Origin: Ramazzottius varieornatus
Lineage: Eukaryota > Animalia > Tardigrada
Assembly: GCA_001949185.1 (NCBI GenBank)
Contig: BDGG01000002.1
Coordinates: 620,001 to 684,000, forward strand
DNA: 64,000 nucleotides
Direction: 5' to 3'
Positions 13,958 to 27,059 of the stretch are shown piece after piece. Both the position numbers and the translations under genes were made by a program. The notes below the pieces were generated by a model that was not told where the DNA came from, did no database searches, and saw only the letters and a program-made list of their open reading frames with translations. Within the stretch, counting starts at the first letter, position 1; every line of letters begins with the position of its first letter.

Positions 13958-14191
13958 CAGGAGGAGTAAGCATGTGTGACCCAGTGAGGAAATGTGTGAC
14001 CCAGTAGTCTCAGACGGCGTGACATGTATCAAGTATGCATTATGTTAACAGAAACACTTTTTATGTAAGATAGACAATGTAATTCTGTAAGTTTTCGTTA
14101 CGTCATGGGCTTTATTTAATTACGAGTGTCTCATGCTTTTCTATGGATGCGCCGTCTGAGACTAATGGGTCACACATGCTTACTCCTCCTG
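13958..14191. mobile_element. Tc1/mariner-type MITE (234 bp)
   Basis: Perfect 26-bp TIR CAGGAGGAGTAAGCATGTGTGACCCA, extended by TAGTCTCAGACGGCG. TA TSD. The left arm has an extra ~20-nt partial duplication. Confidence 0.88.
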
Positions 14192-14593
14192 TATCGATGT
14201 TAGATTCGAACTACGGAAAACCATTCTAAACTGACTGAGCGAGCTTAAGTAAAATTATCTTCACTAGATTTGCTTCATACCGACAAGAGAAGCTCGTCTG
14301 ATGTATATCGGCGTTGCCGTGGCTGGACTATTTTGCAGCAGATTGGTATCCAATATCAATACACCACCCTGAAAAAATTAGAGTATTCTGACCGACAAAT
14401 TGTTTTATCAGTTTACGATACTGACTGATCAAATGAGGAAACCTTGAAAAGCTTGAAAGATAATGTCGGTGTTTTACGTGCCAGCAGATGTGGTACTTGT
14501 CGGCGTCAGTGCTATTGACGATCCACGCACTACGTTCTTGCGCCTGCATGAGCGATGCTTGACCGGAACCAAGCGCCGTCCAGTCGTACAGTA

Positions 14594-14702
14594 CTGTAAT
14601 GCTAAACGAACTTCGCGAATTACGTCACAGTGAGTGTATACTGTATGCGTCAACCCTACGTGTGTTGTGACGTCGATTCGCGAAGTTCATGAAGTATTAC
14701 AG
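14594..14702. repeat. Short foldback element
   Basis: Arms GAACTTCGCGAATTACGTCACA / TGTGACGTCGATTCGCGAAGTTC. A single arm of the same family occurs at about 9487-9520. Confidence 0.6.
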
Positions 14703-14928
14703 CAGTTTCTGTCCAGAATAATGTTACTTCCGGTCGCAGCCTGCCTGGTGGGTGGCTGTGGCACAAAACGAATGAAACAAGGAAAAAGACAGAACTACTT
14801 GAGCCAGCTTTCTACTGTGCCTGCCACACTGCCGAGAAGCCATATTTGCTTTTCGCGAAGCCAGGTTGTTTTTCAAAAGATACCATAATACCGGCATTCG
14901 AAGAACCTAACCGACAGTGCGGTAATAT

Positions 14929-15622
14929 ATTTGCCGGCAAAGACAGCTGATAGTGCAGAAGTATGGTCTGTCGATGACGAAATCTTTTGGCTTAAGGCAC
15001 ATATGATGACGTAGACCATAACGGCTTGGTTGAATTTGTTTTGCAAATTCAAGCTCAATCAGCCGAACAGTATATTAACCCTGCGTCGCTATACCAGGTG
15101 AAATTCTACGGCTTACCTCATTAGAACTGTTTCGTAACTCATGTTTCCGGCTTGCACAGCACGTGTATAGGTTTTATGCTGTGCTTTTATCCACGAATTA
15201 TGTTCGGCCTAATATCGCTGCACAGAATTCGAAATTCTGTGCAAGCTGAGTTGATTGAACTATTGACCACTTAGGTCGAAATTTGAAATTTCAGTGGAGT
15301 GGAGCGTGATCAGACCAATCAGCGAATTGGACTCTTCCCAAAACTACTGCTAGAAAACGCGAACAAAGCCTGGATTTATCCGATTAAGGGATAAGTGACA
15401 GGTCTTGCGAATTACAGTTCCCGGCTGAACTCGCGCAGCGTAATATCGCTTTATCTTTATTTTCGGTGCCGGAAGTGTCGAAACCGCGAAACCGTTTTTG
15501 CACAGAAACCTGCACAGCACAAAATTATGTGATTTTATGTAATTCAGGGCCGAAACATGACTTGCGAAATAGGTCTATTGACAAGTCGTACATTCGGGCA
15601 CTATCTGTCTTTGCCGGCAAAT
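14929..15622. repeat. Degenerate foldback/TIR element
   Basis: ATTTGCCGGCAAAGACAG(CTG)ATAGTGC at 14929 is inverted at 15598-15622. Further inverted blocks at about 15140-15185 and 15511-15560. Confidence 0.6.
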
Positions 15623-17689
15623 CAGTTTGTATGGCCGCCACTGGGGCCAAGTGACTACCATCTATAAAATTAGGGCGCTCTTGACTGGGTTTTCGCTCAC
15701 CTTTGAAACCAGATTATCATGAGCTGGTAACCATTTTGCTTCTCCTAAAAAGATCACCGGCCGGAAATCCGTATTTTAGAAGTCAAAATTGCAAATAAAC
15801 TGGGTTAGGTGCAGACGCGAAATTGCACCAAACTTCAGCACGTTTTAGGGCTGCACCCAAATTTGGTTTTTTTCAGTTTTGCATTGAGGTCCTGCGGTAA
15901 TTTGATTGCAAACAATTAGAACAGGGACCTGGCTACAGAAAAAGTGGCTAAAAGTATGAATCCCCTGTTCGAGACAAGAGCAGCAGTTTTTGCCGTGGAA
16001 GAGGGTTTCCCGGCAAAATGGCCAAATTTGAAGGTTGTAATTCATTTGCGAAGTTTTTTGGCATTTCTGCAATAGTTTGTGGCTTGAATAATGACTCGGA
16101 CAGTTTTATAGGCGCTAAGCTACAATTGCGGATCGATAATGGAGTATAGAACGGTAGCGATAGCTTTTTGTTCGGGACAAAAAATATCTTCCCCACCGGA
16201 ATCCATACTGATGAACTTTGCCGAACTTTTTCTCAATCGATTTGGATGCAATCTATCCCAATGGAAACCCCTTGAAAAGTTGTATGAGAAGTGTGGAGGA
16301 TGGAACGTACAAGAGGTACGCGAAATTTCTTATAGCGCTTTGTGTCCTGCGGTAGTCACTTGGCCCATCCGCACTGCAGTTTGGTTTTGCGAATTTTCTA
16401 AACATTAATTTTCATAAACCGGCAAGTGTCATGGCTGAGTCAAAATGATGGACGGAAGAATATCGAGCCTCGACGTACCATTAAGGTAAATTTTACGATC
16501 ACTTTGCAGCGCCATCAATCCTCTGCGGCAGAACGCAACGAGCAGGCGGTGCAGAAGAGCCTTCGTGCTTCACATATTCCGCTTGGGGAACGGTCCGCGG
16601 GTGTACGGTCTTGTTCGCAACCTCTGTGCGTTGCATCCTATACTGTGTACCATGCTGTTTTTCAGGAAGAACGGTAGACGATGTCGTGATGTCGCAGACG
16701 TACTGCACATCTTCAGATGCGCGCCATCTTACTAAGCCGTACAAGACGACGGGAGGTTCTTGGCACCCTCTTTCCCACATGCAAGTACCGTGTGGCGATT
16801 GGAACGCGACATTCTTCTGAGCCCACCCAGCTAATGAATGAAATGATCTCTTTCCGACGTGACGTTGGACGACGCAAGTCGTCAACCGATTTTACAAGAA
16901 GCTTTCTCCTGCTTTGTGTGCGTCATTGTGAAACTATAATAAGGGTCGAATTATGGATAATTGGCCCTACTCGTGCCGGTGGTCTGGACGAAGAGCCATT
17001 TTTTGAAGTGAAAGTCTTCAGAAACGAACACAAGTATAGAACATGTGCGCTGCGTGGTCTTTCGGTTTCGATGAGTTGGTGCGATTCGTTGTACTTATTC
17101 TACGTACAAAATTCCGAAATGACCAAGAAAAATACCATCGGCCGTATTTGATTGAGGCCAGCCTATGGGGACTGAGAGAAGGGCGTCACGCAAGTTCCTG
17201 CTAACAAGCAAATTAGCTCAATTCCAGAGTTTCCCTCAGTGACTCTTGACAGTCCCAATTACGATCCGAAGTTTGTCGGATTAACGGAAATACGTCACTG
17301 CGATTGGCTAGCTTCAACATCTACAAGCCTCGTACAGTTCCTTTGTGTAAGTGTCTTACAGTGGGGCTTAACATTACGGTACTCACGTTCCTGGAGGCAA
17401 CAGAGCTACACTGTGAAACGCCTCTTAAACAGACTTCCCAACATCATCTTCCCTCGTGTACCGCAGTTCCTCACGCACTCGTAATTATGCGGTCGTCACG
17501 TCAGACGAAGTGCCTTTCATCATCAGCAAAGATTAATCGCTCCTTGAAATGTTTCTGGGAATTTTAAGTATTGTGAAAATATCCCCATGAGTCTTTATTG
17601 GTCATTGTGGTAGCATATTTATATCGTATTCCTGTTAAATTTTACTGCTCGTCGGCGTCAGATTCTGGTAAGGAGTAACACCACAAACG

Positions 17690-17812
17690 AAAAGTACAGT
17701 CAAAAGTCGTGTTGCCCAAAGTGGCGCACCCTTCCACCCAATAACAGCGATGACGTGCGATGACGTGCGCCACTGAAGGTAAGAATCTCGTGCGGTTTGT
17801 TTGCGGGTCTCT
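17690..17812. repeat. CAAGTGGCGC modular hairpin repeat, 1 unit (upstream of GPCR1)
   Basis: AAAGTGGCGCAC...GTGCGCCACTG with a 10-nt duplication in the loop, and a 3' cap GGTTTGTTTGCGGG. Confidence 0.7.
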
Positions 17813-19515
17813 CAATTGGTTTCTGGGGACAACAGCTGCTGCCAACGTTAAGTAGACACATGGTATCGCATGAGGTTTCTCATTATGGCACCCTGTCGAC
17901 ACAGATCGTGTGTATATCAATCCGCCCGGTTCTGAGCACCTGCTGTGCCGTACTCTACGTTGGCATCCGGTGTATTTCGAGTTAACGCTTTTGATATTTC
18001 CGGCAATGCTTCCTGCACAGTCCGTCATCAATCGGAGAACTTCCCGAAAACACCTTTCTGAACATAGAGATTAAGATCTGCCACCAACAATCATAATTTA
18101 TGGTCATGTGCGAGACCAATGGGGCATTATCCAGATTGATGTGACTTGCCACCATAAAATAAGGATTCGTCTACACTCAAACGAGGTGTCAAGCCGCGCA
18201 TGTTAATCCGACAAGGCAATAAGCCGATTAACGAGAAAACTCATCTGTCCTTATAACAAGCCAGATCGTGCTGAAAAGTGTAACCTCCGGCATCTCCTTA
18301 TTTGTTTTGAGTGGGTTGGAAGGAGGGAATTCGTCAACGCCTGGTAAGCCTCTTTATGCCTAATCCCTTGTTCGAAGTTGTACACACCGAACTTGGCCGT
18401 AATCTCTGTCGAAACCTATCCAATGCTGTTCATCCAGTTTCAGTTGTACTGAGCGGATACAGCTTCCGACTTGGTGGTAGCCTGCCGCCTTTTATGCGCG
18501 ACACTTTGCCAGAGGGATCAACCCTGCATGGCACTCGATAATGGCTTCGTGGAGCCATTTCATCTAACGCTATCTCCAAAAGCTATTACGCCGTACTGAT
18601 CAGTCTGAATCTCGCCGCACTTTGTGGCCTTCTGTGTCGTGTTGGCCTGCCGAGGGACTTCCAGGTTCCCAGAAACTGGTCCGAATTGCTGGTTCTTCGC
18701 CGGTAAGCTCTTTTCTGTAATCTTGATATCCATTGAAATCGATCGGTAGTGTATAATGTACCTGTTAAAGTGTGACAACACTCACGCACCTCGCTGCCTT
18801 TCCGGGGTGGTTCAATGGTGAAGGTGAAGTACCTGTAGTTGGCTCGGGGATAGCCAGCTGCAGACGTCGCTACGGAATGAGTGGACTGCTTTACCTCTGG
18901 GGAAGAAAGTGTGGACAATTCACAAATTAAACTGCTGATCTCTATTAATATTTGAATTTGCCCTACCTTACTTAAGCTTATTCCGCAACGTAAAATGGGT
19001 TGCGGATTTTCAGCAGCAAGTTCCGTCACATGAACGATAAGTGAGTGAATCCGGGAGAGTAGTGTACGTTTGCATACATAGCATAACGAGTCCCTGGTTT
19101 TCCGGGAAGTTCTCCAGGTCCGTCTGCATCTATTTTGAATCTTTTTTATTTTGAATCTTGACTAAACAAACAGTACGAAGAGCGTGGTTTCTCTTTGCTC
19201 AGTGTACAACTTTGCTGACATACATCCGCCTACGTCACAAAGCCTAAGAAGCCTGCGCATAGCTCGTGACGTATGGTAAGCAAAGTTGTACGCTGAGCAA
19301 AGTAAGACCTTGGTCCTCATACTTAGAATAGTATGTCTACTGTTAATTGTACTGCAGCCGCATCGGAAATCAGGCAACTGCCGTGTAATCCCGCAGTTTA
19401 GTTGAATATCCCGGATCATCTTACTGACTATCTATTTCGCCCCAGGCGTCGGAACCTCAGCTGCTGTAGTGAGGGGGTTTCATGCGGAGAGCTATCCGTC
19501 AACAGCCTCTAGAGA

Positions 19516-22500
19516 ATGAGCAACAACAGCAGCAGCGAAGTGGACAGCGCAAAGGGAGCAACGACTCTTGTGCCCCAGCAGCTCCCTCTGGAATATCGCG
19601 TCATCGCCTCCATCGTGCACATAATCATCTTCATCATCGGCTTCTTCGGCAATATTTCCGTTGTGATCGTTGTGCGGCGGACCAAATCTATGCATTCCCC
19701 CACCTACTGCTACTTGGTGAGCCTTCTCTCAATTGGCAAACAAGCACGACCAAATCGTTTTTCAAGTGGCGCAGTCTTCTGAAGCCAATAAAACAGCGTT
19801 CGTGAGCCCCTTTTGGAGAAAACAGTCTCGAAACGCTCTTTTTGTAGTTAGCGCACAGTCTATCGTCAACCGAAAGTACAAACTGCGCCACTTTTTAAAC
19901 CGATTCTGACCATTATTCCAAGTGGCGCTCATTGCCACGAATATTGGCTGAAAGCGTGCGTCACTTGGAAATCAATCGGATCGAGTTGGTTTGAGGAGCT
20001 CTCAATTAGTATGTTACGTTCGATAATCAGAGCACCACGCAGGTCGAGCGCTGACATTCGCGCTGACATTTGAAATGAGTTGTTGAGGTCACGAACTGTT
20101 AAGGTCTTCCAACGACGGCTGAAAAGCCCTGGGCGGTGTTTTATTTGTTCACGCTTGTCTAATTTGCTTAAAAGATATAATTGATGTTGAACTGGCGCTT
20201 CTGAATGCACGATCGCACTTGGAAATGCGTTGTCTGGAGCACACAGCGTGGAATGAGTGTTTATCCGCCTATTTGGAAAAAAAGTACAATAACGCTACCG
20301 TTGATGGAGTAGGAAGGTCACTGTCAAACCGTTTCATCTGTACAGTGATCAAAAGCCTTCTGCAAATTCAATTTCTGCACGCTACACACAAAAGACATAT
20401 CACCAGGCACTTGAGCGGGATGTGTGCTATTGGTATTCCGTCAAATAGATAAAACGCCTTTCCCGTTGAGTAACGAAGCCAGCTATGGCAGGAAAAGAAT
20501 TTCCCTTTGTCATGCAAACCACTTGCTCCGCTTCGTCGTAAGTTTAATTAGATTTTGACCGATCAGTTTTGAGTGGAAATCCTTCTGTTGATGTCAGTAA
20601 TCACCCGTTTTGCAGCTTGATGATTTACATGACAAGAGCAGCTCTCGTGTATGCCACGAATCCTATATCTCGGCTGTGCGTCCTGGGTATAGCAACTCGC
20701 AATTTGCGGCTTTCAAAGTAAGCTGGTTGGGAGTCCTAAAGCACGCAGCAAACACAGAAAAGAAATAGCACCGACAAACGAATATCCCACAGGCATGACC
20801 CTGAATAATTCTGCATGGCAAGTCTTCTCTGGTCGAACATCGGGTTTTGATCAGTTGCCTCAAGGGTATCGACCGATGACATCCCTGTTGACGTTGGGGC
20901 AAATGAGAAGCCAATTAATCAAAAGGCATGTACTACCCGGTATACTTCTGTCCGTAAAGTCAACTTCTTAGAAAGGCGAGATACCAACTGAGCAAAGTGT
21001 GCCAAACGGCCCACAAAAAGGCATCGATCGCCTGGACGATGCATGCAACGTTTCTGTTTGACAAAGAAGTGGTAAAAAGTCCGAACGGACGATGGGATGA
21101 AACCAAGTTAGCGTAAAAACTAAGAGGGGCATGAAGAACCTGCGTACTCGTACTTAAACTGCATACCAACCGCTCCGTTTTCCCTGTAGGTGTCGCTGGC
21201 AGTCGCTGATCTCTTGGTGGTTGTCTCGGCTATTCCGGAGGCCATCATGTCGCACCACCTGTACGCCGGCCAATGGGTCCTTGGCCACGCCGGATGCAGT
21301 GTGCTCATCTTCGGAAACTTCCTCGGGATAAACGCCAGCAGTATCAGGCAAGACCTTAAACTTTACCTTTTCTTTTGTCTTCAGTACCAAAGACATGTTT
21401 CTTGTAGTATTTTCTGCTTTACCATCGAACGGTACATCGGTAAGCTCTATCATACTTGTGCACAGAAGCATTATTTGCAAGCACGGCAAATGATGTCAGA
21501 TGGTTTTCTAAGTGGCACACTCTGTCAACCGTCAACACTGAAACCGTGCGCGACATGGAAAGCGATTTCGTCAAACTGGATTGCGTTCTCCAGTGGCGCA
21601 CTTTTTCAGTATGGTAAACCGAAAGCTCGCGCCAAAGAAAATAAATGTTGCCGAGCTCCTTTGCCGAGGTGCGATATGTCAAAATCTATTCGACTGAATA
21701 TCCGGTTACAGGTATCTGCCATCCGCTGCGAGCCCAAAAGATATGTACCAATAGTCGGGCCATCAAAATCATCATTGCCACATGGATCTTCGCAGTGTGC
21801 TATTCCGTGCCTTGGTTAGGCCTGGCCGTCACGAAAAAAGTGCCGGTGGTTGGTTACCCCGGTATGGAGCAATGTTCCTTCAGACTGGGAAGACGGCATT
21901 ACGTCTACTTCTTCATGGCGGACATCGTTCTTTTTTACGTCCTTCCTCTGTTGGTCTCCATCGTTCTATACGTGCGCATCGGCCTGGCCCTCAAACACAG
22001 CAGTAGGATGAAAACAACAGCCAGTTTGCCGAAACCCAACTCACTGCAGCTCATCCAAGCGCACAGCGGACGTGGATCACCACAACTTCGCTATGAAAAT
22101 AAAGACTACGCCCGCAACATCCAGGTAAGTTCGTATTTTACGCGCAGGTGGCGCTGCAGACGTTGACTCCCGGTCCTCTTCATCGATAGGTGGTAAGGAT
22201 GCTGGTCATCGTCGTCATCCTCTTTGCCGTCTTATGGCTGCCTTACCGAGGATTACTCGTCTACAATTCTTTTGCATTGCCATGGCTGGACATTTGGTAT
22301 CTCCTGTTTGCGAAGGTACGGTAGTTTTCATCTATGTAAACCAATGTGATCTCCGTAGAAAAGTCGTCACATCATCCTTGCAAGGTTATTTTATTTTCAG
22401 ACATTAATCTACATCAACTGGTACGTGTCTGTCGAGATGGTCTTCGATTAATATTTGCGCGTTGAAATATCAGAAAGAACATTGATGATTTTCTCACTTT

Positions 22501-22891
22501 CAGCGCGATCAACCCATTATTGTATAATGCGATGAGCAAACGCTTCCGCCACGCCTTCCTTTACCACATTTTCTTGCGACGGAGAAGTAGGCGACTGTTT
22601 GTCAAAACTAGGCTCAAGGCTCAAGTTTTTATCGCGATGTTTCTCTGCGTAGGGTCGCTGGAAGACCGACTGGAATCACGAAGCGTTGTCTCGAGGTCTG
22701 TCCTTCACGCCCAGTCCTTTCGGGCGACACAGTCGAGATTTCCGGACGTGACTAATGGATCGCCGGGGAGAACGCCAAAGAGCGGGGCATGGACGTCAAG
22801 TCGTAACGAAAAGCATGGGCAGTCCCTTTCACCATCACACGTTCAAGGGCAGATCTTCGACGAACAGACGGCATTCTTACAGCCACAGTAG
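19516..22891 (+). CDS. TRH-receptor-like class A GPCR, paralog 1 (about 423 aa)
   Basis: Exons 19516-19716, 21190-21347, 21408-21439, 21712-22124, 22190-22315, 22401-22420, 22504-22586 and 22653-22891 join in frame. Motifs PTYCYLVSLAVADL, LGINASS, FTIERYIGICHP, FYVLPL, LWLPYR and INCAINPLLYNAMSKRFR closely match the TRHR family. The last intron is in frame and is inferred from the paralog. Confidence 0.93.
19733..20002. repeat. CAAGTGGCGC modular hairpin repeat, 3 units (GPCR1 intron 1)
   Basis: Units at about 19763, 19845 and 19918 (third loop in reverse orientation). Caps TTGGCAAACAAGCACGAC / TCGAGTTGGTTTGAGGAGC. Confidence 0.8.
21483..21668. repeat. CAAGTGGCGC modular hairpin repeat, 2 units (GPCR1 intron 3)
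   Basis: Units at 21509 and 21590 (period 81). Caps CGGCAAA / TTTGCCGAG. Confidence 0.8.
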
Positions 22892-23037
22892 CCACTCAAC
22901 AGTAGAGCTTGGCAGCACCGTATCTGAGATTTCTCCTGCACAACGTGACTTTTCAAATGGATCAAAGGTCATCTGTGTTCACGTGGCTATTATCCGGTGT
23001 AATCCTCTTAGTAAACTAGACTAATTTGCACTCGATA

Positions 23038-23243
23038 GCTCAGCATACAGACTCGACCACATCCTTCTCCCAAGTGGCGCACGATTCTGCCCAATAACAC
23101 TGGAAAGGTGTGCCACTCTGGAAAACAATCAGGCTCGCCAGCAATGCCCAACATCGTGCTTTCAAGTGGCGCAGATATCCATCCGCTATCACAGAGAACG
23201 TTCGCCACTTGATAAAGCGATCTCATCAGGTTTGTTTGCCGGA
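23038..23243. repeat. CAAGTGGCGC modular hairpin repeat, 2 units (about 150 bp after the GPCR1 stop)
   Basis: Two arm pairs, each with a 25-nt loop, and a 3' cap GGTTTGTTTGCCGG. Confidence 0.8.
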
Positions 23244-24199
23244 CCTCCGTTTGTGCATGATCGAAGCACTGGAATGTGCTTTGGCGTTTTGGCCACATGC
23301 TACGACAATGAATATCTTATGATTTAACCGAAACCTGACACAAATTAAAGATGGTCAGGTTCAGGATAGCTAAGCTTATCAAGTGTATTCTAATCGCATA
23401 TTCCAAGCTGGATGTCCTGTTCGATGGAATCTCTCTTCAGGCAATATATTGCCGCTAGGCTTAATCTAATTAGGAGCCTATCCTTCAGGAAGATCACTTT
23501 GTACGAGGCTCATCTACTCGTTTGCGCCACTTGTGCGTCTGTACCAGGAAAAAAGGATGGTGAAGAGACCGGATAGATCTTCTCTACTCTAAAAGCATTG
23601 GATTTTTAATTCAATCCTTTAAATAAGCCATTCGGAGCCTACATTATCGCGCAGAGTAGCCAAGACAGTCGTGATCTTTCGCTCATCCAGCAAAAGATTC
23701 ACATCTGTTCTACGCACCCACAAGCTGCACAAAGTATCAATAATCTCTCTCTTGGGTGTGGCTACATCTGTGCATTTGTACTGACATCAGTAAGATCAGG
23801 GTTAACGAGCTGGGATAAGCGGCTTGGGATTCCGGTCGATGCTCTCTCAGCGTTGACCCACCTACAAAGCCGCCTATTAGTTTCCAGGATCAGAGATATG
23901 GCAACAGCTGGAGGTCTTAACATTGGGTCCCTCCCGGAACGATAAGTGTTCGCACCGCGATGAAGGGAAGAGATTTGGACAGACTTTACGTACGCTCGTC
24001 TGGTGACATTAACTTTACCGCTTCCGGTTTTTACTTGGTCCCCAGGGTAGTAATTTAACCCAGCCTGTCCCTTTTTTGTGGCTTTGCGGCTTGGAAACCT
24101 ATCGGTCCGATTCGGGAGTTTCCTGCAATTGTTGACTCATATCTGACACGATTCCGGGTTTTCAAATCCCTTGAGGACTCGGTCATTTCCAGTTCGGCA

Positions 24200-26466
24200 A
24201 TGGCGAACATTAGCGTGCCCGGTAACTTGACCAAAGGTGTGCCGGAAAGTTACCCACTGGATTATCGGATAGTAGCCACGGTTCTTCATTCCCTTATTTT
24301 TATCCTTGGGGTCGTCGGGAATGTCTGCGTGGTCATCGTCGTCCGGAGGACGCCAAGCATGCGAACACCTACGTACTTCTACTTGGTAAATACGACTAGC
24401 CACACATACCTAGTTGAGTCACAACTCGCCCAGTCGATTACTCTTCAGGTATCACTAGCCATCGCCGATTTGGTTGTGCTGGTCTCTGCTCTGCCAGAAG
24501 CCGTTTACTCCTACAATATTTACAAGCGCCAATGGAGTTTCGGACGCTTTGGCTGTTCTTTTTGGGTCTTCGCGAACTTCCTGGGGATTAACGTTAGTAG
24601 TACCAGGTAAGATCAGTAATCTATTTTTGCCGCCGGCAGAAAGAAACAGGATATAAATGGCAGCCGGCAAATCAAACATACATACGATTTCTTAAATGAC
24701 GCACGCTTCTAGCTAGTAAAACTGCGTACTTGCGCCACTTAATAGTGCAATCAAACTCGACTCGACATGTCTTTCAAGTGGCGCATGCTTCCAGCCAGTA
24801 ACATCGAAAGTGTGCCCAACTCCGAAAAGCAATCGAACACGACAGGTGCGTGCTTTAAAATGGCGCACGCTTTCAGCTAATCATATTGTAAATGTGCGCC
24901 ACTTAAGATGGCGATCTTGAATGTTTCGTTTGCTGATCTCCCAACGCGTGTTCGCTCACCTGTATCAATATACTTTTTTCAGCATTTTGTGTTTTACTGT
25001 GGAGCGATACATCGGGATTTGCAAGCCACTCCTCGCCCAGAAAATGTGCACGATCTCACGCGCTCGCAAAATCATAATGGCGATCTGGTTATTCGGAGTG
25101 ATATACTCTAGCCCGTGGCTCTTCCTGACTCAGACCAGCCCTTATCCAGATCATATGCATATGGAGTACTGCCACTATCGTCTGACGCGCAAAGAATACG
25201 TTTACTTCTACCTGGCCGACATTGTCCTGTTCTATGTTTTGCCATTGCTAGCATCCATAACTCTCTACGTTCGTATCGCTGTCGCACTCCGCATTAGTAT
25301 CCTCCATATGCCGGGGAAAGTTACCATCACCCGAAGTTATTCGCCTGCAAGCAGTAACAGCAACCTTGCGCGTCCCCTTACTGTACGTTCCCCGCAGGCG
25401 TGGAGAAAACATAATTATCGAAATACCGACGAGAAACGAGCTGTCGTACAGGTAAGAAAAACCTTCGGCAAACAAACTCCCCAAAATCGATTCCACGAGC
25501 GGCTTTCAGACTGTATCAACGAGAAAGTGCGCCACTCAGAAAAGGAGTGAAACCAAACGCGACAGAATCGTTTTTTCAAGTGACGCGTAAGTCTCATCGC
25601 GGACATTGTCGACGTGCGCCACTTGCCGAAACAATTTCGTCGAGAGTGTTTGGCGTGCTACCAATAATTCGTAGCAAAAGATGATTTCAATTTTGATTTG
25701 ATGGTTGACCCAATTTTCTTCTATTTGATTCATTGTTCTGACTGCAGGTTGTGCAGATGCTTTTTGTTATTGTCCTGCTGTTTGCCACACTATGGTTTCC
25801 ATATCGGGCGCTTCTAGTTTACAATTCCTTCGTATCAAAACCATACCTGAACCTGTGGTACCTCCTGTTCGCTAAGACGACAGTTTTCATCAACTCTGCC
25901 ATTAACCCTCTGCTGTATAATGCGATGAGCAAGCGCTTCCGTCGGGCTTTCCTTTTAATCGTCTTTAAGAAAGGTAACATGCATGGTCTTCGGCTGATCT
26001 GTGCCACGTTAGAGGAGCCGTGTGTAAGCTTGAACGCAGCGCACGTGTAGGCGATTAGCGTTTACTCGCCACGCACTTCATTTGCCGAATCGTCATTAAA
26101 GCCCTCTTCTTCACAGGTGGCTCGTCGGAACCCACCTGGATGCAGATGTCTACATCGTCAGCCCGGACAAGCCGGCTGCTGCGTGCTACTTCCCGCTCCA
26201 TGTCGGAAGTGTCTTACTCCTGCGCGTCCAACATTGGCTTAGATGGAATATCTCGTCAACCACTACAGCTTTACGCCCATAAGATCAAAAGCACCAGTCC
26301 GACTAATGAGGTCACGGAGTCATGGACAACACACACGCCCAATCGAACACACTCACAGTCGTTTACAGGAACACAGTGTGCCAGGATTTGCCGACGATCC
26401 ATCACCTGGACTGATCTTCAGCCCAACTCCCTTCTAAAACCTCCTTTCCAACGATCCCCTACGTAA
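24200..26466 (+). CDS. TRH-receptor-like class A GPCR, paralog 2 (about 462 aa)
   Basis: Exons 24200-24385, 24449-24606, 24983-25451, 25748-25973 and 26117-26466 join in frame. Motifs MRTPTYFYLVSLAIADL, LGINVSS, FTVERYIGIC, LWFPYR and INSAINPLLYNAMSKRFRRAF. Confidence 0.93.
24663..24938. repeat. CAAGTGGCGC modular hairpin repeat, 3 units (GPCR2 intron 2)
   Basis: Units at 24693, 24775 and 24857 (period 82) with 25-nt loops. Confidence 0.85.
25466..25655. repeat. CAAGTGGCGC modular hairpin repeat, 2 units (GPCR2 intron 3)
   Basis: Cap TCGGCAAACAAACTC. Right arms GTGCGCCACTC and GTGCGCCACTTG. Confidence 0.75.
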
Positions 26467-27059
26467 TCAACCTATCATCGTCCAGATAGTCTGGCCGAAC
26501 CTATGATTAGTGCTTGTTCCTTCTAATGTAATGAGCTGCGCGTGAAATAATTGGCTTCGAAAGGCGTCTCAGTTGACGGGAGATATCAACGTTCCCGCAA
26601 CTGTAAATTTATCCGTCCCCTCTTACACCGCGCGCGGTTTATAATCATTATTATTTCCACTTCCGATCCATTCAGTTATTCCTCACCGTAACAGGAAATT
26701 TGATTTAAGTTTTTACCAGGCGAAAGAATAGCATCCGTATTTCGACCGTGCGCACTTCCACACTGAAATATTTCTTCCCAGATTCTCCACTACAGAAACC
26801 GGGCTGAAGTTGCACAGTCGCACTTCCACCACAATTTATCAATAGCTTCAGAACTTCTTCCGCGTTTCTGTAGCCCTAACGGCATCTCCATAGTGTTTCT
26901 GTACCACAGAAACGCTTCCCTTGAAGTGTGAAAATGCATTGGGCGCAGGCGAAAGGAAATTAGCAGGTAACAGAAGCCTTTATTGGAGCGAATATTCGGC
27001 CGAGATTTCTGCGACATGAACAATCCTGGGAGTTAAAAGCAGGCATATAGTCCCCCTAT

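Noticed and set aside
17273-19116. Short distant inverted repeats (TTGTCGGATTAAC at 17273/18202; GGAGAACTTCCCG at 18034/19104)
   Set aside because: They are only 13-18 bp, do not extend, and have no TSD.
21440-21711. Hairpin repeat as an intron-generating (Introner) element
   Set aside because: This intron is absent from the paralog, but other repeat-bearing introns (19717, 24607, 25452) correspond to 60-65 nt repeat-free introns in the paralog, and the repeat sits away from the splice sites. That indicates insertion into existing introns.
24663-24938. Hairpin arrays as CRISPR arrays or integron attC cassettes
   Set aside because: They are in eukaryotic introns, have at most 3 units, their loops are homologous to each other rather than unique spacers, and there is no cas or integrase gene in the window.
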